This document shows positions 19,899 to 31,088 of a stretch of DNA of 64,000 bases, piece after piece. Numbering within the stretch: the first letter of the stretch is position 1; the number at the start of each line of letters is the position of its first letter. Origin of the DNA: Deferribacterales bacterium (lineage in GTDB: Bacteria; Chrysiogenota; Deferribacteres; Deferribacterales; Geovibrionaceae). A program made the position numbers and the translations under genes. The notes below the pieces were generated by a model. That model saw nothing but the letters and a program-made list of their open reading frames with translations. It did no database searches and was not told the origin of the DNA. The stretch covers positions 313,655-377,654 of the forward strand of contig JBFWLW010000002.1 in the NCBI GenBank assembly GCA_050251945.1, read 5' to 3'.

Positions 19899-20786
19899 TT
19901 AGAAAGCGTATACGAATTTAAACCAGAATCTATCTGTTTCCGGCTTGTTCTCAACATTGAACTCGTGATGGTATTTCAGATGAAACGCCATGTTTTTGTA
20001 ATCATATTTCAGTTCAGGACCAAGTGCCACTGCCTGACCTTTGTTACCGTCCAGATATTTTTCTCCATCCAGTTCATCATCGGTTATCTGTTTGTAATAA
20101 TAACCGTTAATACCTACGGTATAAGGTCCGGTATGATATCCGGCAAAAGCGTCAAAGTGAAATTCCTGTCCGGATTTATAGTCTGTATCCTTGTTTTCAG
20201 TGTTTATGTCATACATAAACTTACTTGATACCTCAAATCCGCCGTCGCCAAGATATGTGACAGCAAACACAGGCTCAATTGTAAAGTAATTTCTGCCTAT
20301 ATTCACCATGTCGTCCTCATCATAATCCCCGACAGGAACAAAAAGCTCAGGGCCAAAGGCAAAATGCCAGTTTTTAAAATGCCATGAATCGAACAAACCT
20401 ATTTCAACATCGCCCATACCGGTTTTGTCCTGTTCACTCGCAGCAGTCTTAACATTCATATGTACGAAAGGAACAATCACCTGTCCACCCAGATTACCGC
20501 CAAGAAACTGTTTCTTCGTTACATAAACGAATCTGAGTGTTTCGGCAAATCCCTTAAGTTTAAAACCGGGAACTACACTGTCTCCGTCTGAGTTGTTGAA
20601 TCTGTCGGATGACATGTATTCAACGTAGTTAATAAAATACAACCCGGGGGGCGGCAGAGTGCCACCCATCGTTCCCTCCGGTCCGTTTGCAGATGCCTGA
20701 CCTCCGCCCTCTGTAGCAAAAGAATATCCGGCACACAGAAAGAGAAACAGTATTATCAGTATGCGTTTAATATTATTATTTTCCAT
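19899..20786 (-). CDS. Outer-membrane channel, SphA/phenol-degradation (MetA-like) family
   Basis: LPPPGLYF, GMGD, PVGDYD, NIGRNYFT, terminal Phe. Confidence 0.85.
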   Translation of the reverse strand: MENNNIKRILIILFLFLCAGYSFATEGGGQASANGPEGTMGGTLPPPGLYFINYVEYMSSDRFNNSDGDSVVPGFKLKGFAETLRFVYVTKKQFLGGNLGGQVIVPFVHMNVKTAASEQDKTGMGDVEIGLFDSWHFKNWHFAFGPELFVPVGDYDEDDMVNIGRNYFTIEPVFAVTYLGDGGFEVSSKFMYDINTENKDTDYKSGQEFHFDAFAGYHTGPYTVGINGYYYKQITDDELDGEKYLDGNKGQAVALGPELKYDYKNMAFHLKYHHEFNVENKPETDRFWFKFVYAF

Positions 20787-20794
20787 GACATCAC

Positions 20795-22324
20795 CTATTT
20801 ACTAGTTTGCAAAGCAGCATCTGCACCGGCAACACGACCTGAATAGGCAGCGAAACCGAAAGCTGAGCCGGATGCAAAAAGAGTATAAGTGTCGCCATAG
20901 AGTCCGCCGACGTCACAGCCAACCACATAAAGACCTTTTATCTCTTTGTCATTGGCATCGAGAGCACGCATTTTGCTGTCAACTTTGATACCGCCGAGAG
21001 ACACATAAGCCTGAGGAACTATCTTGATCGCATAGAATTTTCCTTTTTTAACAGGCATAATCCACTTGGGATCGGTATAGAACTCTTTGTCGAGATTATA
21101 TTCTTTATATGAGTTGTAATTTTTGATTGTTTCAGCAAGAATTTTGGGATCAACCTTAATTTTTGCCGCAAGTTCAGCTATACTGTTCGCCATAGCTGCG
21201 TTGGGGTTGCCTGCTTTCTCAGAATCTTCAAACTCTTTTTGCAGGTTGGTCAGTTTTGTTCCGATAGGGATGATAACTCCGATACCTGCCTCAATACCGT
21301 CTTCCTCTGCATATTTGTCAAAAGTTTCCTGATCAAATATCTCCCACGCGAAGCTGTCCGGAGCATGCTCAACAGCGTTGCCTGTTGAAACAAAGCTGAA
21401 CACTATTGATTCGTCAACAAATCTTTTGCCGTATTTGTTAACCCAGAGAGAGGGCTGCCATGTCATTGTAAACAGGTTGCCGAAAGGAATTACTCCGGGA
21501 CCCGCTGTCGCCTGATGGGTCATAAGCCCCCAGCCCTCAGCCGCGCCTCCGATCTCCATTGCCATGTTGATACCGTCGCCGTTTTTCTGAAGAGGCAGGT
21601 CTGCCACAACTTTTTTGCTGTCAAATCTGGTGTACTTGTCAATCATTTCCTTGCTGTTAGGGAAACCGCCTGTGGCGATAATTACAGAACCGGAATTGAT
21701 GATCACCTTATTGCCTTTGGAATCCACACCCTCAACACCTTTAACGACGCCATTGTTGTATATGAGTTTTTTTGCGGGTGTTTCATACATTACCTTCACA
21801 CCTTTCTCTTCGCAGACATCAAGAAGGCGGTTCACAAGAGCCGCGCCGTGATGGAAGGTTTTGTAATCCTTAACAAGGTGCCATACAGGAGAATCGGCAT
21901 AAGACATTTTAACCGCGTCAAAATTCACGCCGTTCTTTTCGAGCCACTCAATGTTTTTGTCTGACTCGTCAACAAACTGCCTTAAAAGAGCGCCGTCTGT
22001 CCTCCAATGACCGTATTCCATTATCTGTTTGTAAAAAGCCGGCTTTGAAATGTCCTGACCGTCATCTCTAAGCTGTTTTGTGCCGATTGCAAAGAGCCCC
22101 TCGGCATAGTTTGTACTGCCGCCAGCTATCGGCATTTTTTCAAGAACGATAACTTTTGCACCGTTTTCTGCTGCCGAAACAGCAGCGGAAAGTCCGGAAC
22201 CGCCTGCGCCGATAACGACAACATCTGTGCTATAGACCCTGTCCTTTGCATACGAAAAAACAGGAAGAAGAGCGAACATGGTTGTAACCAACCCTAAAAG
22301 AACATTTTGAATTGTCCGTTTCAT
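20795..22324 (-). CDS. Periplasmic FAD-dependent reductase (flavocytochrome c flavoprotein family), substrate unknown
   Basis: DVVVIGAGGSG, IATGGF, GDGINMA, WVNKYGKRFVDE, SLGG; Sec-type signal peptide. Confidence 0.88.
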   Translation of the reverse strand: MKRTIQNVLLGLVTTMFALLPVFSYAKDRVYSTDVVVIGAGGSGLSAAVSAAENGAKVIVLEKMPIAGGSTNYAEGLFAIGTKQLRDDGQDISKPAFYKQIMEYGHWRTDGALLRQFVDESDKNIEWLEKNGVNFDAVKMSYADSPVWHLVKDYKTFHHGAALVNRLLDVCEEKGVKVMYETPAKKLIYNNGVVKGVEGVDSKGNKVIINSGSVIIATGGFPNSKEMIDKYTRFDSKKVVADLPLQKNGDGINMAMEIGGAAEGWGLMTHQATAGPGVIPFGNLFTMTWQPSLWVNKYGKRFVDESIVFSFVSTGNAVEHAPDSFAWEIFDQETFDKYAEEDGIEAGIGVIIPIGTKLTNLQKEFEDSEKAGNPNAAMANSIAELAAKIKVDPKILAETIKNYNSYKEYNLDKEFYTDPKWIMPVKKGKFYAIKIVPQAYVSLGGIKVDSKMRALDANDKEIKGLYVVGCDVGGLYGDTYTLFASGSAFGFAAYSGRVAGADAALQTSK

Positions 22325-22436
22325 AGATACCTCCTATGTAAAAACACAGGAGAAGCATATAAGAAAATAGAGATTTTATTAATCGGCACACATACCGGAT
22401 GTATACGAAAAGTTTTGCCGTAATAATTAAGTAATA

Positions 22437-23873
22437 TTACCGGATTTTTGTATGAAGGGATATAACCACAGAAAAGCCGCCGCCTTCAGTATTCTGAAAC
22501 TCCGCTGTCGCACCTATTATTGAAGACCTGTACTTAATTATCCTCATTCCATATCCGGAATCAGTTTCATAACCGGTATCGAAACCGCATCCGTTGTCGG
22601 AAATTGTCATTATCATCATACCTTTTTTTCTCTCGAATATAATTAAGACCGATTTGCAACCGCTGTGTTTAACAGCATTGTTAACAGCCTCCTGCGCAAT
22701 AAGATAAAGATGTGTGGCAACGTTGCCTTTTGGAAGATGCAGATTTCGCCCATGGCTGAAGGTACAGTTAATGGAGTAAACAGAGCTTACCCTTGCCGCC
22801 ATGCACGACAATGCGTCTCCCAGATCGCTTATATCGCCGATCACAGGACAAAGCCCGTCAAGAATATTACGCATAAGTTTTTGCGTGTCAGCAGTGTATC
22901 TGACTATTTTCTCCACAATCCCGTATTCATGAACCCTGCCGCTATCCATTATCTCCAGCAGGCTGGAAGACATCATTGATATCGCCGTCAGCATCTGCCC
23001 CAAACCGTCGTGAAGGTCATGCCCGATACTGCGTCTTTCGCTGTTTGCCATCTCAAGTACCTGTTTTTCAAGAAGTTTTCTCTCCGTAATGTCGCTCAGA
23101 ACCATTACAAGAGAAGTAACTTCCTTTTTATCGTTAAACACTGGATTAACATGAATTATTAATACCTTATCCCCCATAACAACTTCTGCGGTCTGGTTGC
23201 GTTTAGTTGTTACGGATTTCGGCAGACTGCACACGGAGCAGACAACAGGGGAACCCTGACAAAAATCGGAACATCGCCTTCCTTTCATACGGCTTTGAGG
23301 TATTTCCATAACTTCGGATATTACCCTGTTTGCCCAGATAACTTTCATAGATGTATCAAAATATATAACTCCGTCGGACATGACGTCCAGAATAACGCGC
23401 TTTTCATTCTCAGACTGTATCAAAGCTTTGTTCGCATGCACCGTATCTGAAATATCAAGTACAAAACCTACACCGCCGGAAAAATTGCCGTTGTCATCAT
23501 AGACAGCCCTTGCGCTGTGCAATACATCTATGATCTCCCCGGATTTTTTCAGAAGCCTCCACCTGCGCTTGCTCGTATAGCCGAATTGCTTGAACTTTTC
23601 AAAACACTTCAGGTGCCCTTCGATCTCATCGTTATCTGCAAGAAAATCTATAAAATTTCTGCCTGTAAATTCCTCCGCCTTATATCCCATTACCATCTCA
23701 AAGCCTTTGCTTAGTTTGGTTATATACGCATCTTTGTCTATTGTGAGCTCAAACACAGGCACATCATCCAGAGCGAGCATCTTCCTCTGCTCTTTTCCGT
23801 GCAGTTCGTTGTAGGCATTTTTTATCAGGAGAAGCTCTTCCTGAAGCTTATTTATTGTGTCCGCTTTATTCAT
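22437..23873 (-). CDS. Cytoplasmic PAS-PAS sensor histidine kinase (HisKA_3/NarX-type)
   Basis: ERRSIGHDLHDGLGQ, QEAVNNAVKHS, DNGCGF; ATGA overlap with the regulator. Confidence 0.92.
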   Translation of the reverse strand: MNKADTINKLQEELLLIKNAYNELHGKEQRKMLALDDVPVFELTIDKDAYITKLSKGFEMVMGYKAEEFTGRNFIDFLADNDEIEGHLKCFEKFKQFGYTSKRRWRLLKKSGEIIDVLHSARAVYDDNGNFSGGVGFVLDISDTVHANKALIQSENEKRVILDVMSDGVIYFDTSMKVIWANRVISEVMEIPQSRMKGRRCSDFCQGSPVVCSVCSLPKSVTTKRNQTAEVVMGDKVLIIHVNPVFNDKKEVTSLVMVLSDITERKLLEKQVLEMANSERRSIGHDLHDGLGQMLTAISMMSSSLLEIMDSGRVHEYGIVEKIVRYTADTQKLMRNILDGLCPVIGDISDLGDALSCMAARVSSVYSINCTFSHGRNLHLPKGNVATHLYLIAQEAVNNAVKHSGCKSVLIIFERKKGMMIMTISDNGCGFDTGYETDSGYGMRIIKYRSSIIGATAEFQNTEGGGFSVVISLHTKIR

Positions 23874-24535
23874 ATAACTTTGTCTGCATGTATCCATTTA
23901 ATTGCGAATTTTGTCAGCTCCGCTGCGCTGTCCAGCCCTATTTTGTGCTTTATGTTCTCCCTCACGGAATCAATGGTTTTGATGCTCAGGTTCAGCTTTG
24001 CAGCCATATCTTTTGACGTAACGCCCTCTCCTATATATTGAAAAACCTGAAACTCCCTGTCGGAGAGGCACTCCACAGCGTCGGAATCAGTTTTTTCCTT
24101 CGGATTCATAGCTCGCAGAACAACATGCTGGGTCATCTTCGGACTGAGGTATATTCTGCCTTTCAGGATAAGCCGCATAGCTTCAATGATAACCGAAGGG
24201 CTTTCGCTCTTCATAATATATCCGGATGCTCCGGCTTTTAAACACCGCTCCGCAAAAACAAGTTCGTCATGCATGGTCAGAACAAGAATCCGCACATCAT
24301 CATATCGAGCCTTAAGGCATTTAATAAAATCCAGACCATTTGAGTTTTCCAGCGTCAGATCAACAATAATAATATCTGGCTTCAGACTGAACAGCTTGCT
24401 CATGGCGGACGGACCGTCGGAAGCCGTACCGCATACTTCCATATCCGGCTCTTTATTAATTAATATAGTAAGACCTTCAAGCAAAACGGCGTGATCATCA
24501 AGAAGAAAAATAGATACTTTACCGCTCTCGGACAT
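23870..24535 (-). CDS. NarL/LuxR-family response regulator
   Basis: LLDDH, VDLTL, LTMH, LSDREFQV HTH. Confidence 0.94.
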   Translation of the reverse strand: MSESGKVSIFLLDDHAVLLEGLTILINKEPDMEVCGTASDGPSAMSKLFSLKPDIIIVDLTLENSNGLDFIKCLKARYDDVRILVLTMHDELVFAERCLKAGASGYIMKSESPSVIIEAMRLILKGRIYLSPKMTQHVVLRAMNPKEKTDSDAVECLSDREFQVFQYIGEGVTSKDMAAKLNLSIKTIDSVRENIKHKIGLDSAAELTKFAIKWIHADKVI

Positions 24536-24710
24536 AGTGTTCCCCCTTATGCCAGAGTTTACCAGCAATGGAGTGTTGTTTTCAATAATCTATGGGGTTG
24601 CAAATATCCGTTTTCATAAGTGCAATAACTCTTAAATACAACCTGTTTAAAGAAAAAATTTATGTGACGGCAGTATTATAGATAAAAAAACAGTAACATT
24701 ACCTAAAGAG

Positions 24711-25475
24711 CTACTTTCCCGATATGTCACTGATAACCTGATTTGTCTCTTCATCGGAGATGCGCACAGGGGGCATCAAAGCCAGCTTGTTTATACTTCT
24801 TGGGTTCTTTATCCACTCCTTCAGCCGCTTCTCAGTCCATTGTTTTTCATTGGCAGGCAAAACTGACGAAACAAAATATTTAGTCAGCAAACCGGAAAGA
24901 TTAGCCGCCTCACTACCCGTGCCTTTTCCGCCTCCCTTTCTGGTTATCATCCTGTGGCACCCGCCGCAATGCTTTTCAAAAGCCCCTTTTTTTGAAGGAG
25001 TGATATACGCGACGTAAGGTTCGCTCACCTTTTTAGGCTGTCCGGATGCGGCGTTCAGCAGATAGAGTATCACAAGCCGTCTCTCTGTATCGGTGAAATG
25101 GAAATCCGGCATGTATTGGTTGACGTTCTTAATCTTGTCGTCCAGATATTCCCCTGCATATTTCATGACGGACGAGTTCAGGTCTGCGGCGGCGCTTCCG
25201 CCCTCCGCTCCTATGTTATGACATCTGCGGCAGGCGGAATCCGTAACAATTCTTTCACCTGCTGCGACAGCCTTTTTATCTGTATAGAAAGATGAGTATT
25301 CAGCCGTAAGAAGTCCTACATGGGCTACGTTTTCGCGGGATGAACGCATCTCGCCCCTGTGACAGGCGGCACATGTGCCAACCTCGACATAGTGGGGCTT
25401 ATGGCACTTCGTGCAGGCAAAAACCTCGGCGGCAAGCATCAGAAAGATCAGTAATAAAACGGTACGAGTTCCCAA
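24711..25475 (-). CDS. extS: Tetraheme cytochrome c, ExtS-like
   Basis: CTKCH, CAACH, CRRCH, CGGCH; MPDFHF and MPPV Met-ligand motifs; probable TTG start; last gene after cytochrome b. Confidence 0.75.
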   Translation of the reverse strand: MGTRTVLLLIFLMLAAEVFACTKCHKPHYVEVGTCAACHRGEMRSSRENVAHVGLLTAEYSSFYTDKKAVAAGERIVTDSACRRCHNIGAEGGSAAADLNSSVMKYAGEYLDDKIKNVNQYMPDFHFTDTERRLVILYLLNAASGQPKKVSEPYVAYITPSKKGAFEKHCGGCHRMITRKGGGKGTGSEAANLSGLLTKYFVSSVLPANEKQWTEKRLKEWIKNPRSINKLALMPPVRISDEETNQVISDISGK

Positions 25476-26476
25476 TTCGCCCCCCTGAAATATACGGCGA
25501 TGATCGTCAGCACCACAATGAACAGCGCTATCAGAAGAACAGGAAGCCAGATGCGCATGTCGCCTTTTGAAAACCACACTGCGCGGTCTATATGCACACG
25601 TCTGAACGACGGCAGAAAATAACACAGCACAAACACTACGGCAACCGCGTTGAACAGAGATGCGCGCCAGCTGACAACCTCCTGAATCCAAAGCAGAAAC
25701 CATGCGCTCTTCGCGGGGTTCGGCGGAGTGGCGGCATCTGCAGGAAGCTCCAGAGGGCTTTTGAATATCAAAGACAGCACAACGGCAGCGGTCACAGCCG
25801 CGAGCGAAACCAAAAGCGAAAACCTCATGAGCTGTTCACGTGATTTCACCTTTTCAGGTTCCAGCATAGGCAGAAGCCCGCCGTCACGTCTTATATTATA
25901 TAGATGCGCCGACAGCAGAATAAGCGTCAATGTCGGCAGAAAAACGATATGCAGTGCGAAAAAGCGAAGAAGGGTCAGCCGCCCGCCGACATCATCCGGC
26001 ATCAGTAGAGCTTTCAGAAAACCGCCCGCAGGCAGTGTGTTCATAAGCTCCATTCCGGTCTTGGTCGCCCAGAAAGAGAGCTGATCCATGGGCATGAGAT
26101 AGCCCGTGTATGCCTCGAAAATTATAAGTCCGAAAATGATATAACCTAGTTTCCAGTTTTTTTTCCTGACAGAGTAAACGCCTGTGAAGACAGTCCTTAA
26201 AAGATGCAGAGCCGCAATAACCAGAAACATATGTGAACACATGCGGTGCAGGGAACGGATGAACGCGCCGCCTGCCACATGTTCTTCCAGAAACATGACG
26301 GAACCGTATGCCGCCGTGGTTTCCGGTGAGTAATAGAAAAGCAGAAGCACTCCCGTAAGCCCCAGCAGAACAAACAGGGCGGCGGAAATAATCCCCAGAT
26401 ATCCGGTCTTGCGGAAAGACAGGGTGTCTCTATTAAACGTCACAGGAAAAAGGTGAGCAAAAAAACGGTTTATCAT
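25448..26476 (-). CDS. Cytochrome b/b6 with fused subunit IV-like C-terminus (ExtP+ExtQ-like)
   Basis: [50 protein letters not shown]. Confidence 0.88.
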   Translation of the reverse strand: MINRFFAHLFPVTFNRDTLSFRKTGYLGIISAALFVLLGLTGVLLLFYYSPETTAAYGSVMFLEEHVAGGAFIRSLHRMCSHMFLVIAALHLLRTVFTGVYSVRKKNWKLGYIIFGLIIFEAYTGYLMPMDQLSFWATKTGMELMNTLPAGGFLKALLMPDDVGGRLTLLRFFALHIVFLPTLTLILLSAHLYNIRRDGGLLPMLEPEKVKSREQLMRFSLLVSLAAVTAAVVLSLIFKSPLELPADAATPPNPAKSAWFLLWIQEVVSWRASLFNAVAVVFVLCYFLPSFRRVHIDRAVWFSKGDMRIWLPVLLIALFIVVLTIIAVYFRGANWELVPFYY

Positions 26477-26889
26477 ACTGCGCTCCTGCGGTAGACCGTT
26501 ACCTTGCCATCCTTCTCGTCGGTGACGAAAACAGTCAGCCTTTTCACAGCGGGTCCTTTTATGACTTCGCCGTCCAGAGAAAATACGCTTCCATGACAGG
26601 GACATGCAAATTTATCACCATCCAGCGCCACAGTACAGCCCAAATGGGTGCATGTCAGCGACATCGCGGTTATCCCGCCGTTAAGCTTCATGACAGCCGT
26701 CTGTTTGTCGGAAAATATCAGCGCACCGCCCTCAGGCACATCCGCGCCTGCAACGGTCAGCACCACATCTCCGCCGGACGTCTGCGGAGTGAGAAACCTG
26801 TACAGACCGAAAAGCCCCGCCGCGCCTCCTATAACAATGGACAGCCTTCTGAGAAATCCGCGTCTGTTCATACCTTCCGATAAACCCAT
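26473..26889 (-). CDS. Rieske 2Fe-2S protein with Tat signal
   Basis: NRRGFL; CTHLGC and CPCHGS. Confidence 0.93.
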   Translation of the reverse strand: MGLSEGMNRRGFLRRLSIVIGGAAGLFGLYRFLTPQTSGGDVVLTVAGADVPEGGALIFSDKQTAVMKLNGGITAMSLTCTHLGCTVALDGDKFACPCHGSVFSLDGEVIKGPAVKRLTVFVTDEKDGKVTVYRRSAV

Positions 26890-26936
26890 CAAATACCTCT
26901 GAATTATTGAATATGGCAGTATAATGAAAATAGGAT

Positions 26937-26957
26937 CGGGGGTCAAGAAGACCCCCG
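26937..26957 (-). terminator. Hairpin after the psrC-like gene
   Basis: CGGGGGTC-aagaa-GACCCCCG. Confidence 0.6.
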
Positions 26958-26969
26958 CGCTGATAAAAC

Positions 26970-27899
26970 CTACTGGATATAGTCCGTAAACTTCTGAGTA
27001 TAAACCCCTGCGTGGACTATCAGAAAACGCAGGAAATATCCGCCCAGAAGTACCAAAGATTCAAAAAAGATAAGCTTGCCGCCCGTAACGTGCATCCTGC
27101 CGCTCTCGCCCAGCCCGAAAACAACAGCCGGAACAAGCAGACCAAGAAACACAAGCACCGCCCAGAATTCCAGAGCAAACTTACCGCTCAAAAGGCTCTT
27201 TGCGGAATACTGCATCTCCGGCACACCCTGCATTGCAATGAGGAACATTCCGAAAAGAAGCAGTATCTCAAGCACTATCAGATAGAAGTGTGTTGTCTCT
27301 ATCTTGTGCATGCTGTCTTCCGTCCTGAACGCAAGTTCGCGCACTATCATCGCACCAGAAATGCCTGTTGAGGTGGCTGAGATGATGAACAGAATCGGCA
27401 AAGAGGTCTGGTGCCAGAAGGGGATCGCCCTGAGGACACCGAGCAGAACCGCCGTATAGCCGGCAGTGCAGATACCCGTGATAATAAGCATCCATTTTAT
27501 CCATTTGCTGCTTCCCATGTTATCAAGCAGTTTCGGCAGCCAGCCGCCCATGAAGCGGAAAAATCTTGCCAGACCAAGGTTGTATATGGCATACAGCATG
27601 GAAAATATCGTGAAAAGTGTCAGAATTCCCGTACCCCACGAAATCGCAGAGGTGGGGTTAACGAACAGAAGAATGAGCAGCCAAGGCTTCCACATACCCT
27701 GTCCAAGGTCTATATACAGAAAGAAAATACCTATGATAACCAGCGGCATACCTATTACGCTCGCCGATTTGATAAACGAGATATATTTCTCTCTGTCGTA
27801 CATATCCGCCAATACAGCCGCAACTATCGAACCCGCGCCCACTCCGGCGAGGAAAAGATAAACGGCGATATACCATTCAAATGCTTCCTGAAAAACCAT
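26970..27899 (-). CDS. NrfD/PsrC-family membrane anchor (quinol oxidising)
   Basis: [35 protein letters not shown]; about 8 TM segments. Confidence 0.92.
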   Translation of the reverse strand: MVFQEAFEWYIAVYLFLAGVGAGSIVAAVLADMYDREKYISFIKSASVIGMPLVIIGIFFLYIDLGQGMWKPWLLILLFVNPTSAISWGTGILTLFTIFSMLYAIYNLGLARFFRFMGGWLPKLLDNMGSSKWIKWMLIITGICTAGYTAVLLGVLRAIPFWHQTSLPILFIISATSTGISGAMIVRELAFRTEDSMHKIETTHFYLIVLEILLLFGMFLIAMQGVPEMQYSAKSLLSGKFALEFWAVLVFLGLLVPAVVFGLGESGRMHVTGGKLIFFESLVLLGGYFLRFLIVHAGVYTQKFTDYIQ

Positions 27900-27908
27900 A
27901 CCGCCCTC

Positions 27909-28472
27909 CTACTTTTGTATATAATAGATATTCGGCTCTGTACCGAGATCCTGACGCAGTTTCCACACTTTATAATGTTTCTCCGCGGCATCGCTCAGCA
28001 GAACGGATATTTCACTTTTGGGATCGTTTACGTCCCCGAAGACCCTTACATTGCCCGGGCATGTCGTGACGCATGCAGGGGCAAGCCCTTCCGCAATCCT
28101 CGGCAGGCAGAATGTACATTTTTCCGCCACGCCAAGTTCGTGGTTAAAGAATCTCGCGTCGTAAGGACATGATACTATGCAGTATTTACATCCGACGCAT
28201 ATCTTCTGGTTGATGGAGACGATGCCGTCTTCCCTCTTGTGGCTTGCCTTTGTGGGGCATACTGTGACACAGGGTGCATCGTCGCAGTGGTTGCACTGGT
28301 GGGGGAGGAAATGCATCTGCAGTTTCCTTGTATGGTCTGGGCTTTTGCCCGTATCTATGTGCGTGCGGAAATCCTCGTCCGGCACATGCCATTCCGCCTT
28401 GCACGCCACCATACATGCCTTGCAGTCAACACAGCGGTCAACAATATATGCCATTGCGTATTTCTTTTTCAT
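27909..28472 (-). CDS. 4Fe-4S electron transfer subunit (PsrB/NrfC-like)
   Basis: CVDCKACMVAC, CNHCDDAPCVTVCP, CVGCKYCIVSCP, KCTFC. Confidence 0.95.
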   Translation of the reverse strand: MKKKYAMAYIVDRCVDCKACMVACKAEWHVPDEDFRTHIDTGKSPDHTRKLQMHFLPHQCNHCDDAPCVTVCPTKASHKREDGIVSINQKICVGCKYCIVSCPYDARFFNHELGVAEKCTFCLPRIAEGLAPACVTTCPGNVRVFGDVNDPKSEISVLLSDAAEKHYKVWKLRQDLGTEPNIYYIQK

Positions 28473-28485
28473 CTTCGTCTCCCCC

Positions 28486-30675
28486 TTACGCCTTCACGAC
28501 TTTTACAAAGCCGTTGTGGAAACCGGCAGAACCGCTTATGGGGTCTGTCTCATCCGACGTGAAATCGGAATCACGCGCGCCCACACCTGAAATCCTCGTC
28601 AGCATCTTGCTGACGGAACCGAATCCGTGGGGGATGAAGATGGCATCCTTATGGATGTGGTCGACGACTTTTGCCTTGCATGCATGGCTCTTTTTATCGC
28701 CTTTGACAATGCATACGTCATCGCCGTTCTTTATACCCAGATTCTTAGCGCGATCGCTGTTTATCCAAAGCTCCACCTGAGAATGGTGCAGGGCAAGCAG
28801 CCACGCGTTGTTCTGGGTTCTGGCGTGTGTGTGGAAGCTGAGACGACCGAACAGAAGTCTGAACTCGTCGCCTCTTGGCATCGGAGGCGCCTCATACGAA
28901 GGCATAGCTTCATAACCGAGGTCGTCCATCATACTGCTGAAAAGTTCCGCCTTGCCTGACGGCGTGTGGAACTCCGGCTCGGCACCGGATGCAATTGGGA
29001 ACGGGTCGCCCTCTGCGCCCACAAGGCATCCGTGTTTCTTCATGTTCTCCTCGGTGAGACCGATGGATTCCAGAAACTCTTTATTATACTCACGTACATC
29101 CATGAAATGATTTTCGTAGCCCATCGCCTTTGAAAGACGCGCCGCTATCTCCCATCCGCCAAGCGTATCATAAAGCGGCGGAACAGCAGGTTCGCGGTAT
29201 TGTATATAACCGCTCTTTCTCGAAGTGATGATTATCGGGTCGTACCTCTCCAGATATGTGGATTCCGGCAGAACAACGTCGGAATACCATGCGGTATCCG
29301 TCATGTATATTTCGCAGGTGACGATAAGCTCGCTCGCCTTTATCGCCTTTTCCACTGTCTCCGCACTTCCCTGATTATGAAACGGATTGCAGCCGTAAAC
29401 GAACATCCCTTTGAGAGGGTGCTTCTGCTCTGCTATCGCCTGCATCATTTTGTTGGCAAGACCAAGGTCGGTGGACGCTATGGGAAACTCGGTTCCTGCA
29501 CCGTCCGCCCTCTCCGTATCCACTTTCTCAAGATCGTGAACCATATGCGGAGTGTCGAGCTTAAGAGGAACGGGCTTGTATATACCGCCCGGCTGTTCCC
29601 AGTTGCCCATGAGAGCGTTAAGGATAGCTATCGCCCTGACGAACTGGGTGTCGTTGCCGTATCTGGTGAGACGGCGACCGGGGTGGATATAGCAGTGAGG
29701 AGCCGCTTCACAGAGCTTGTTCGCAGCCTCGATGATATCTTTTTCGGGTATCTCGGTTATCTCCGCCGCCCACTTAACCGTATACTGACGGACGTGTTCT
29801 TTCAGCTCGTCCAGACCATATGTGTAGTTATCAACGAAGTCTTTGTTATATATCTCTTTTACGAGGATATAGTTTATCATCGCCAGAACGAGAGCGGTGT
29901 CCGTTCCGGGCTTTATCATCATGTATTTGTTTGCTTTCGCGGCAGTCTTGCTGTATCTGGGGTCGACATATATCACATATGCGCCGTTGGCACAGCCGTT
30001 TATGAAATCCTGAAGTTCGCCGACGTGCAGTGCCTCTGCGATGTTGCGCCCGAGGAGCATGATGCACTTGGCATTTTCTGAATCCACAGGTTCCTTTCCG
30101 CCGACGGGCTTACCGTATGTGAGCGCCCAGCCGATGTCCCTGCTGCCCGTACACTGGGCATAGGAGGGGATGCATATATTGGGCGAACCCATTATATGAA
30201 GAAGATCGACAAAAGAGTGTTCACCCGAACCGTGAGCAAAGAGAGTGAATGTTTCGGGACCGTATTTACCCTTGAGCGCGTTGCATTTTTCGGCAACGTA
30301 CTTTATGGCTTCGTCCCATGAAACTTCCTTGAACTGACCGGAGCCCCTTTCACCCGTGCGGATGAGAGGCTTTTTAAGTCTGTCGGGGTCGTAAAGCTGA
30401 AAAACGCCTGAGTTGCCCTTTGCGCAAAGTTTACCGAAGTTGCTGGGGCAGCTCTTCTGTCCTTCAAGTTTCGTTACTTTCCCATCGACAACCTTAGCAG
30501 TGAGGCCGCACTTCCAGAAGCACATTTCGCACCAGTTCTGGGCGTATGTAACTCCGGATGGGGTGGAGTGCTCAACCTCTCCGGCGATAAGACTGATTGA
30601 CGGCAGGGTAGCCGCCGCCGCACCTGCGGCAATGGTTCCCTGTAAAAACCGCCTGCGGGAGATTCTGCTTTTCAT
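28486..30675 (-). CDS. Molybdopterin oxidoreductase catalytic subunit, polysulfide/thiosulfate reductase (PsrA/PhsA/SrrA) clade
   Basis: Tat SRRRFLQ; CEMCFWKC...LCAKG; probable Cys Mo ligand SYAQCTGSR; HTHARTQNN; about 730 aa. Confidence 0.88.
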   Translation of the reverse strand: MKSRISRRRFLQGTIAAGAAAATLPSISLIAGEVEHSTPSGVTYAQNWCEMCFWKCGLTAKVVDGKVTKLEGQKSCPSNFGKLCAKGNSGVFQLYDPDRLKKPLIRTGERGSGQFKEVSWDEAIKYVAEKCNALKGKYGPETFTLFAHGSGEHSFVDLLHIMGSPNICIPSYAQCTGSRDIGWALTYGKPVGGKEPVDSENAKCIMLLGRNIAEALHVGELQDFINGCANGAYVIYVDPRYSKTAAKANKYMMIKPGTDTALVLAMINYILVKEIYNKDFVDNYTYGLDELKEHVRQYTVKWAAEITEIPEKDIIEAANKLCEAAPHCYIHPGRRLTRYGNDTQFVRAIAILNALMGNWEQPGGIYKPVPLKLDTPHMVHDLEKVDTERADGAGTEFPIASTDLGLANKMMQAIAEQKHPLKGMFVYGCNPFHNQGSAETVEKAIKASELIVTCEIYMTDTAWYSDVVLPESTYLERYDPIIITSRKSGYIQYREPAVPPLYDTLGGWEIAARLSKAMGYENHFMDVREYNKEFLESIGLTEENMKKHGCLVGAEGDPFPIASGAEPEFHTPSGKAELFSSMMDDLGYEAMPSYEAPPMPRGDEFRLLFGRLSFHTHARTQNNAWLLALHHSQVELWINSDRAKNLGIKNGDDVCIVKGDKKSHACKAKVVDHIHKDAIFIPHGFGSVSKMLTRISGVGARDSDFTSDETDPISGSAGFHNGFVKVVKA

Positions 30676-30947
30676 TTGTGTCCCTCTTGATTTTTGCGTG
30701 ATGAGGGACATTTGTACCGATTGAACTTAACACCATAATAATATAGCCAATGGATTTGTCAATAATTATCGGACAAAAAAATATATAAAAAATATTGTAT
30801 ACAATTTTAATTTTAATTAAGACTAAATATGAATTAATTACAAGGAATCAAACTTGCAAGTATTGCATTTGTTTTTTCAATAGCACTATCGCTTCTTTAT
30901 AATTACAATGGCGTATCGCTTATTTGATGATGCTTTTAATTAAGGAT

Positions 30948-31032
30948 GAGATCGCTTCGGGCATAAAGCCATCGCGAAGACGGAATAAAAGTCACGTCTT
31001 TGCGAGAAAACCGCAGGTTGACGAAGCAATCT
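30948..31032. repeat. REP-like palindromic element copy 5
   Basis: GAGATCGCTTCGGGCATAAAGCCATCGCGAAGAC..GTCTTTGCGAG..GACGAAGCAATCT. Confidence 0.85.
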
Positions 31033-31088
31033 GAACCACATAGAATTCTCAGTGCAATATATTACCGCCGCGCCGCCGTATTCAGAAT

